64,000 nt of DNA from the NCBI GenBank assembly GCA_021613535.1, contig CP075496.1:15066001-15130000 (forward strand), written 5' to 3'. Position numbers and translations under genes: made by a program. The DNA comes from Adineta vaga (lineage: Eukaryota; Animalia; Rotifera). The notes beneath the pieces are model-generated. The model saw only the letters and a list, made by a program, of their open reading frames with translations, did no database searches and was not told where the DNA came from. Positions 55,394 through 64,000 of this stretch are shown here, piece by piece (the first letter of the stretch is position 1; every line of letters starts with the position of its first letter).

Positions 55394-55468
55394 TGTCTTT
55401 CATGGGACTCGAGCCATGTATCTTTTGGAATCCGAGCAGACTTTCCAGTCAGTTAGACTACAAGAGAC
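55394..55468 (-). pseudogene. tRNA-like sequence (degenerate tRNA or SINE head, possibly Arg-derived)
   Basis: 75 nt GTCTCTTGTAGTCTAACTG...CATGGCTCGAGTCCCATGAAAGACA: acceptor stem, A-box, T-arm/B-box; anticodon arm poorly paired. Confidence 0.55.
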
Positions 55469-55557
55469 AATCCTTTTTCAGATTAGCGTCACTAACTTTA
55501 CTCACTGACGCTAGCACTTTTCACATTCAAAGAGAGAGAGAGAGGCGAAGGGAGGAT

Positions 55558-55579
55558 CACCCACACCCACCCTCAAGAT
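55558..55579. repeat. Right arm of telomere-repeat cassette
   Basis: CACCCACACCCACCCTCAAGAT. Confidence 0.65.
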
Positions 55580-55901
55580 GGTGTGCATAACTACTCAAGA
55601 CTTAACTGTAAGATTTTAAATTCAAATGAACTAATAACATTATTATTGACAATGACATTATTTGTAATCTGATTTGATGATATAGAAATCAAGTGATTGA
55701 CATATTGATTATTTTTCGAAATTACAATAGATTAAAGTCATCAAAAAAGAACAATTTCTGTCGTGATTATAGAATTAAAAGTAATTTTCAACGATTTATA
55801 TTTGGAAAAAATCAGCTTTTCAGAGAAACAATCACAAATAGTGCCCTCACAATGAAGATAATCATATTTTCACTGACGTGAGTGACTAAAACATTTGAAG
55901 A

Positions 55902-56433
55902 CTACTTAGGTGTGGGTGTGAGAGCAGCATTCACTAGTTTCTGTGCAACAGATTGAACAATGCCAAAAAATTGTGGGTTCGATTCAAGGTTTTGTTCGAT
56001 CCGTTCTACTAGATGATCGACAGCTGTACTAATATCAGCATTGCCATTGATAATATTGAGAACAACTTGAAGAGCTTGTTGTTCCAGTGAGTTCAATTGA
56101 AATGGAGAGACAGCACTAGGAAGCTGATTAGCAGCGTTGCTCAGTTGGATAAGTAAGTCCTGATCAAACAAACAAATTATTTGTTTAGAAAAAAAGAAGA
56201 AGATAGGTTTCAATTCTAATTACTAAATATTCTGGATATGCATCATACAGATCATCTAAGTTGGTGAGTTGTAATTGATTGAATAATTCAAAGAGACCAG
56301 TACGAGTATCAGGGACTATTACCGAATATTGTGGATACGTAGCATATAAATCATTCAGTTGAAAGTTAACTGGTTTGCTTTGCACGAAAATAATGTGAAC
56401 GAGAAGAAGAGTGAATGCGATTAAAAGACGCAT
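55902..56433 (-). CDS. Secreted helical protein, ~155 aa (exons 56433-56224, 56159-55902)
   Basis: Signal peptide MRLLIAFTLLLVHIIFVQS, internal repeat LxDLYxxYPxY, in-frame phase-0 intron. Confidence 0.72.
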
Positions 56434-57233
56434 GTTTTGTATCAAACGTAATTGAAGAAATTACAGTTTGTCGATGGCTTTTATATTTCTTTTACACTTG
56501 AATTTGATGTATCACCTGGTGATATTTTTCAGCTATCACGTGATGTTTTGTTTTTTTTGAGTATCTAATTTTCTTGTGTGCGTACAAAAGAAAAAGAAAA
56601 TTACACAAGTAATCCACAACGGATAGGACAAACTAATTCCAATCAAACGAGCTTGAGCAAAGAATCAATTAAGAATAAAGCTTTGAATAAAAAGTATAAT
56701 GTTCACATACCTGCATTCAAATATAATTTCTAAGAATATTTATATATTTCCAAGGACATTTTTACACGATCGTTAGCAGAAGAACCTATGAGTATAGTTT
56801 CTCAATCATTTAATCTTCAAGAGTATTAAATTAACCCGGTAGTCTATAACGAGTTAATAAAACTAATCATAACATCAATTCATTTATCGATATTAAAATA
56901 ACAGTTGAGAGACTTACAGCATGGAGGTAGTGATGTGATTATACGATTCGTTTTGCATCCACGTTCCACACCCACCCAGTCTTTCCTATAGAAAATCCAT
57001 GATCTTACTTAGAAGATATTTCACTGGATAATATGTCATTACGAGACAAACAAAGAAAATGATTTCTATACATTTATGATCTTTCTTGACACTCTTCTGT
57101 GTCATAGAAACATATTCTTTTATTATATGATCAAGGTGATGATATACATTAGCACGAACAACAACAGCAACATTTAATTCAACATGGTCTCCTTCGATAA
57201 GCTCTGGTCTATCCTGTTCTATACGTAGCGGAG

Positions 57234-58115
57234 CTATATTCTTACCACATACCATACTTTGTAGATCATTCGTTTTAGTTCATGCCGAAAAACTTTTGAT
57301 ACAACAACAAATATGAAAAAAATAGCACAATAAAGAATACGATAAAGAAAAATACTGAAACTATTAATGAAATTATTCACTGCTTGTTGTGATGGCGTTC
57401 GAATTTTATATTGTGTGGTTGTCATATAAACGTTGTACACGTTTAGAGTAGTAGTAAACGTAATGTAAACAACATCTTGAATGAATAGACAACGAAGCAG
57501 TTGAAAATCTCTCTTTGTCATTGATCGAATTCCATTGCGTTGTTGTCGTGATATAAATTGAATATGACGAACATCTTTAAACATAATAATACACAGAGTG
57601 ACCATAATAAGAGAAAAAAGAGAATTACAAACTAGTGCAATATAAACCTTTGACTGATCATAGTAACGAGTAGAATACGAAGGAGTAAACTGTTGAATGT
57701 TTACCTTGAAAAATAAATGAGAATAGAAAACAAACCAGAAAATTGTACATATACCGATAGAAAAATATGCTAAACGTTTCGAACTATACAAACGTGTATC
57801 AATATTTTGAGAAGAAATTATTAAACGATCAATTGAAACAAGAATAAGAATAGCTGGTGAAAGTGTAGGAAGAAAATATAATATTTAGTAATAGATTTTA
57901 CAGAAAAAATATTTCTATTCAATAGATTAATACGGAGACCGGAAATAAAAATTGATGTACGTATAACTGAATTAATATAACATGTATTCAAAATAAGACA
58001 AATATTAAAATAAAAGACACAAACATTTTTTCTGCAAGCTTTTCTCGTAAACACCAACACACTTAACAATCGTATAATTAAGAGTATTTATGTAAGTAAT
58101 GTCGGAAGAGTTCAT
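57234..58115 (-). pseudogene. GPCR pseudogene
   Basis: RKNVCVFYF, SIDRL, KRDFQLLRCL, SKVFRHELK; frameshift near 57890 and internal deletions. Confidence 0.75.
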
Positions 58116-58560
58116 CGTCAACGACAAAGTATAATTAACAACGTTGGGTACTGCAATCTGTAAAGACAAAATGATATTTCTAATGAAAACACAGAAATAA
58201 TCTTTATAAAAATATAACGGTTTGAAGCACTACGAGTTTAGTCTTTCCTCTAGTCGATGATATAAGAAAGTAATAAGAGGAGATTCACTGAATTATAATC
58301 ATAATGAATACATGAATTTCTTGGTAACTATCACAAAAGAGTACGAGAGAATGGTATGCTTAAGATTATTTATAACTGTGAAAGTTTTTCCTTTTATCTA
58401 GAAAAAAAGATTTCTATAATTAAAGTTCGATTATAATATAGTTATCATTCATAATGCATTTTCATTTATTTGTGTCATAATTTCGCTATAGAAAAGAGGC
58501 AAATTTGATACAATATCTGCTAAGTAGAGAAGCATTCATTTACAATCGTTCATACTCCGA

Positions 58561-58610
58561 TAGAGTGGGTGTGAGTGTTAGATACATGTAATACCCACAC
58601 CCACCCTCAA
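58561..58610. repeat. Telomere-repeat-armed palindromic cassette
   Basis: TAGAGTGGGTGTGAGTGT-spacer-ACCCACACCCACCCTCAA. Confidence 0.8.
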
Positions 58611-58920
58611 TATGATCTAAATATGTTACTGCAAATAATCGATCTTTAACATATGAATGATCACCACCTGCACTCGTAAAATTAGTAGGCTGATGTAATT
58701 AAAATGTTATTGGATAACGTAATGCAATACCATTATCATGAAATTTCTTATAAGTTGCAACGAAAATTGAATATCTAAATAAAAGATTTTGACAAAAATT
58801 TGACCAATGGTGACCATTCTGTACTCCTTGAACAGCAAGTAAATCTTGAATATTATTCTTACGAGTTAATACACTTCGAAATGAATTTACATTAATCGTT
58901 GCTAAACGGAATGCTTTCAT
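58611..58920 (-). pseudogene. Endonuclease/exonuclease/phosphatase (EEP) family N-terminal fragment
   Basis: FRLATINV, LLAVQG(E), NGIALRYPI, FAVTYLDH; truncated at the cassette. Confidence 0.6.
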
Positions 58921-59599
58921 TGTCAATGAACTTTATCGAAACAAAACAATACAAAACTTCTATCAAATCAATGAAAAATTCTACATTTGTTCTACTTTCA
59001 TAAAAAGAAATATCGTTCTTTAACTAAGACATTCACATATTCCGTCATTTTCTTCTTTCTTGCTTTTTGTACGTCATAATCAACATTGTTTTTATTAACG
59101 ACAACAACAAAAAAGTTCTTTTTCTTCCATTCTTTGGCTGTTTGTATTTCTCAACAGAGAATATCCCCAACTGATATAAGTTATTAATTAACAGATATAA
59201 TAATGAATTTTCCATAACGAAAGTTTATATTGAACATCATAGGAGAATAAATATTAAAGGGAGGAGTGAATCATTTAAAGTAATGCGAGTCAATTAACTA
59301 ATTAACGTAGAAACAGCAGTCATATATTGTTTAATCCTTTGATGACGAGTGACTCATTTTCGAACCACCTATCTTTCAGTAAGGAAAATACGTGTTCCTC
59401 ATTCAGCTGTTATCATCTGTACTAGAATCTGAGAATATTAAAGTGAGACATTTTGAGTTAATTTGATAAGGATAATATTAACTTTTATTATTCATTGCTA
59501 TTGATATTGAATATTCTTTTGTGAATAACTCGCTCATTCAAAATTTATTGATCAACATGACTGGTGTATTTTTTCAACAGTAATTCAAATAAACAAAGT

Positions 59600-60090
59600 A
59601 GATTATCTGAGCGTGTTTCGTCTAAGCTGTTGAAAATTATCAATAAGTGTAAATCTTCGATGATTTAATTTGAAATAATTTCATATGTTTGAATTCGATG
59701 ATTCCAACAATCATCAATATAAAGATATTCATATTTATCCATTGTCAAACGAACACAATCAATATTATCAATAAAAATTTGTTGATTTTAAGCAAACCAT
59801 TGAATAATTCTTCTGTTATCTTTATCAGTTATAATAATCAATTCATTTTCTTGATCAATAATCATAATCTGTTGATTATTTTATTTACTTTTTCTTTTCA
59901 TTTTTCTTCACAACAGTATTTCCTTCTTTCAAATTTCATTTCATAATACGATGATTTCCATAGTCAAAAATAAAAATTATTTTTATTTCCACCAATAAAT
60001 ATTCCCAATGGAACATTTAGTTGTTTTAATTGATCACCTTTTTCATTTCCACCACAGCTACTGTAATTGCAATATTGTTGCCATTTATTT
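59600..60090 (-). pseudogene. Degraded NHL-repeat gene
   Basis: KWQQY.ITVA/GGNEKGDQLKQLNVPLGIFI, NHRIMK; frameshifts. Confidence 0.65.
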
Positions 60091-60197
60091 AAATCTAATC
60101 TAAAGAACAAATAACGATAGTTTTATGTAAAGAGAAAGATGTCCATGTTTTTGATTGTGACGCAGTTATCGCAGTTTTTTTTATAAATAGTTGGTTA

Positions 60198-60243
60198 TTC
60201 AGGGTGTGGGTGTGGGTTAAGAGTATAGCTAGACCCAAACCCA
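60198..60243. repeat. Telomere-repeat-armed cassette
   Basis: TTCAGGGTGTGGGTGTGGGT-15 bp-ACCCAAACCCA. Confidence 0.7.
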
Positions 60244-61279
60244 GATCTACGCAAATTTCGGAAGTTTCGTTTCAAGGAAATCTGCATAGTGCTACGTCAG
60301 TTATAGACCCACAAAACCAAATCCAATGAAGTGCCTTTTTACATCGGAAATGACTTCAATTTTGGCTTCTTTAAAATATATTTTCAATATTGTATTCACT
60401 TCCAAAAGCATATATACCTACCTTGTTTATTCATTTACTTGTTAAATGAAAGGAAAGGAAAGGAAAAAACAGCGCTGCTGTTTTTAGAAATTACGTTGAG
60501 AGGTAAAAATAATGTAATGTCGCGTTTTTTTTTGCTTACATCCGAAACAAAAAAATATCTTGATGTATTTTTGTATCGTTCTTTCAACTACAAGTGTATA
60601 TTCAATATCAAGAATATTTTCATTGAAAAAAATACGGAAGATTCTTCATGATCTCTAACTCGTTGATTACATTCAATCTGATAATATGTTATAATAATGA
60701 ATAATATTTTTCGACTAACGAAAATGTTTCATTCTTCATTTCATTTTATGAACAAACTTTGTTTTATTGATACAAAAGTAACTTTCCTCCGAAAAATAAA
60801 AACATCGCAAAAATTCTCAATTATACCTGAAGAAATGATCAAAATTAATGAGACAAAACCGAAATATTTCTCTCGTTTCTTCGTCATTCATTTGTTTTTT
60901 TCTTTCGACAATAGTTTTTATATTCAAACTAGACGTTTAATATAAGACAAGAAACGATAATAAAGGTTCTGTTTTTATTAGAAAAAGAAAAAAAACAAAC
61001 TTGAGAATAATCTTCTTGATATTGTTCAATATTATACCACGTAATTTGAATTCATTCATTATTAATAGATAAGAATAAACAATATGATGTCGAATTTCAT
61101 AATAAGTTTTTAGATTAGAAATGAGGATTGAAAACTTATCTTCAATACAAACAATATCTGCAAATGTGAAAGCTTTATCTATACTGCAGAATTTTCAAAA
61201 ACAGAAATTTCAAAATAGGTATCAAAATATTGCTAACATATGCTTTGTATTTTCCATTATGAATCAACACTACAGCATC

Positions 61280-61327
61280 TTGACGATGTGAGTGACGTTG
61301 AGAAAATAATACTCACTCTCACACTTC
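61280..61327. repeat. Telomere-repeat cassette (degenerate)
   Basis: (CATC)TTGACGATGTGAGTG...ACTCACTCTCACACTTC. Confidence 0.45.
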
Positions 61328-61690
61328 TACATTCGTTTTAGTTTTTTAAAAGGCTCAACGATCAAATCGCTGTGTTTGTTATACTATTGCACCTTTCATA
61401 ATTACTCATAACTTTACTTTTGTCCTTGTCATCGTTAGTTTTTTCTTGAGAATTTTCAATTTAATACATTATATGATACATTTTTGTGATGACGATATTG
61501 CAACATAAACATATAGAATCATCTTGTTGACGTCAATGAACAAAATTCGTAGGCGAGTAGTGTTTCTTCATTCGTTACACGGCTTTCGATGAAAAATACA
61601 TTTAAACGTAGTCTTTATTTAAACTATACTCTCATCGAAAAGATATCAGATACAATCAATATAGAGAAAAAGTATTTGATTTGATTGTTG

Positions 61691-63134
61691 ATGGCACATA
61701 AAGATCATTCTGTTAATGTCCAATGGATGTGGCAATCAAATCCAAATCCATTTTTGCCAAGTGAACGAGAGGAATGGAGTAATTATTCGAAAGAATCCTC
61801 GAAAATAATTGAAAAAGCATACACAAATAGAGAATATTATGTGTCTCTATCGGGTTATATTGTGGATTTAAGAGAATCTATACAGATTAACAAGAATAAT
61901 CCAACAAGAAGAAGACCTATAAAACGAGTTGAATTTAGCAAAGGTAATTCATAAGAAAAACTTTTTTTCGTTAGAACAATAAATATTATATTTTAGAATT
62001 GTCGCTTCAATTGAAAGAAAAACTGGGCAAAGGAGCATTTGGTACAGTGTACAAAGGTACTTATTATGCATTTGAAATAGCTTGTAAAGTTATTGATTCA
62101 CAATTATCGAAAGTAACGACAAAGGAAACAAATATTCTTAAAACACTTCATCATCCAAATATTGTTCGATATATTGATGTTATTTATACATCAAAACAAA
62201 CGTTCGTAGTTATGGAATATATTGATGGAGGTACTTTGTACAATTACATTAAACAAACATCATATTCAAATGGTTATTGGATAAATACTCATAAAATGAT
62301 GATCAATATCGCTTATGCTATGAGTTATTTACATGGAAAACATATTGTTCATGCTGACTTAAAATCTGATAATATTTTATTAAAATCAAATAATGTTGCA
62401 GTTCTTTCGGATTTTGGTCTTTCAAAGATCATCAAAGAAACAGCAATACTATCCAGTAGTGGAAATACAGGTAATAATCATATTTCATAGAAGAAACTAT
62501 TTTTGATTGTATTGAATTTATTTCAGGTGCTATAAGATGGCTTTCGCCTGAACTTTGTGCCAACAATCGAGAACGATCTTCGTATATGTCTGATGTTTGG
62601 GCTTATGGATGCGTTTTATTGGAAATAATAACAAAGAAAGTACCTTGGGAAGATATGTTTGAAAATATGTATGATCTTATGGATGCTCTTGCTCGTGAGA
62701 AGAATGCAAACATATTTGAAAAATTTTGTTATAATCAAAATGCACCTGATAATTTTCATAAAATGCTTCGTTCTTGTTGTGCTTGGTCAAGAAATAATCG
62801 ACCTAATTTCGTAAAAATCATCAAAGATTTTCATGAATATACAAATACAACTAATTATACTCCGATTCAACATGATATGACTTTTCATAAACCTACAGTT
62901 TCACATTTTCAACGACAGCCATCTGCTCATACTCGTCCTCAAACATCTTCAAGAAGAAATTATTATCAAGAAAAAAGTTATCGTTCAAGTAAAATTTTAT
63001 ACGATTCGGAAGAAGATGATACTCCTCATGCACGTTATCCTAGAACGACATCACACTATATATTTTCACGAAAGACATATGATGATGATGATGATGATGA
63101 GGAGGAGGAGGAGGAGGAGGACGATGTTTATTGA
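61691..63134 (+). CDS. WWE domain + protein kinase (TKL-like), 3 exons
   Basis: WMWQSNPNPF...W..YS...IIEKAY...RPIKR (WWE); GKGAFG, IACK, HADLKSDN, DFG, RWLSPE, SDVWAYG; acidic tail. Confidence 0.88.
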
Positions 63135-63377
63135 CAGAAAATGTACAACGAAATAAATGTTGATTGGCATGAAACGTGAAAATAGAAAAAAATAATATAA
63201 AACAAATTTCGTGACAATTTTTATTCTTTTTTGATAAAAAATATAGAAATTCAATTCTTATGTCATTGTCAATGACGTAAAATATGCACTTTTATTTCGA
63301 AAAATTTCGTTACATATTTCACGGATAGGAATACAATGAAATGTTTTGTTGATGCATATTTATTATTTATACTTTAT

Positions 63378-63470
63378 TTAACCCTAGTCCATCCAAGATG
63401 AGTCATTTTTGACCCAGTCATAAAAATTTGGGAATATACTATGATATTTTGGTAGTTTCTAGTTTAAGGG
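63378..63470 (+). mobile_element. piggyBac-like terminus/mini-element
   Basis: TTAA|CCCTAG...GAGTCATTTTTGACCC; similar TTAA|TCCTTT...GACTCATTTT end at ~59332. Confidence 0.4.
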
Positions 63471-63482
63471 ATCTTTATCATC

Positions 63483-63549
63483 TTGAGGGTGTGGGTGTGT
63501 GTGTGTGTGTGTGAATGCAACAGACTCTCATTCACACCCACACCCTCAA
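63483..63549. repeat. Telomere-repeat-armed palindromic cassette (young)
   Basis: (CATC)TTGAGGGTGTGGG(TG)nAATG-spacer-CATTCACACCCACACCCTCAA. Confidence 0.85.
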
Positions 63550-64000
63550 TGATAAATAAATGATGAAACTTCTTTAATTCTGAAAAAGCTTCTTGCGCAC
63601 GTTTATCCGAAGCAGACATACAATTATCTCGTAGACAATTGGTAACAGTATTTAACAACATTTCATATTGTTCCTGAATAATTTGTTTATTTGTTCGATG
63701 TCGAAATCGACTTTGACATGGGATGACATATTGAAGTCCTTTGATAAACATCGCCATTTGAGATGGTGTTAAATTCGATTGAACTTCGATAAATGGCGAT
63801 GATGCAGTGATTTTTGTATAAATAAGGGCAAAGCTCCGACGACGACGAATATAAGACTGATGTTGTTTCTTTATTCGTTGGATGTCGTCGGAGCTCCATC
63901 GAAAAAAGACGTCAATTTATTTTGAAGCATACTATTCAGACGTATTCGCATCGTTTCTATTCGGTTTTCAATTGCCTCATATAATTCTTTGATGGTCAAT
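63550..64000 (-). pseudogene. Probable Penelope-like/Athena RT N-terminal fragment, truncated at the cassette
   Basis: PFIEVQSNLTPSQMAMFIKGLQYVIPCQSRF resembles the 'L.KG..Y.PPCQ' region upstream of bdelloid PLE RT cores; no RT catalytic motifs lie in the window. Confidence 0.45.

Noticed and set aside
55907-55921. GGTGTGGGTGTG as another cassette arm
   Set aside because: It encodes the C-terminal TPTPK of the 55902-56433 gene and has no partner arm.

Overview
Very AT-rich eukaryotic DNA with short (~45-90 bp) GT-AG introns. Gene families (expanded rhodopsin-like GPCRs, NHL, FG-GAP, TPR-ART, WWE-kinase), a Penelope-type hammerhead ribozyme and TGTGGG repeats point to a bdelloid rotifer (inference). 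The window mixes intact multi-exon genes, many pseudogene fragments, foreign-looking genes (plant-type UGT, fungal-type GP...APTP Cys peptide, bacterial/fungal-type 'TFDD' domain) and DNA transposons (apparently intact 5.75-kb CACTA/EnSpm element, mariner, split piggyBac, MITEs, Helentron-like HINEs). The most striking unexplained signal is a dispersed family of at least 13 short (45-90 bp) head-to-head cassettes, (ATC)TTGAGGG(TGTGGG)n - unique spacer - (CCCACA)nCCCTCAA(GAT). Several sit exactly where genes or transposons are truncated, suggesting telomerase/RT-written double-strand-break repair scars. A small furin/coiled-coil/TM 'mini-env' gene coupled to a hammerhead ribozyme is second. All calls were made by eye without database searches; coordinates may be off by a few bases.
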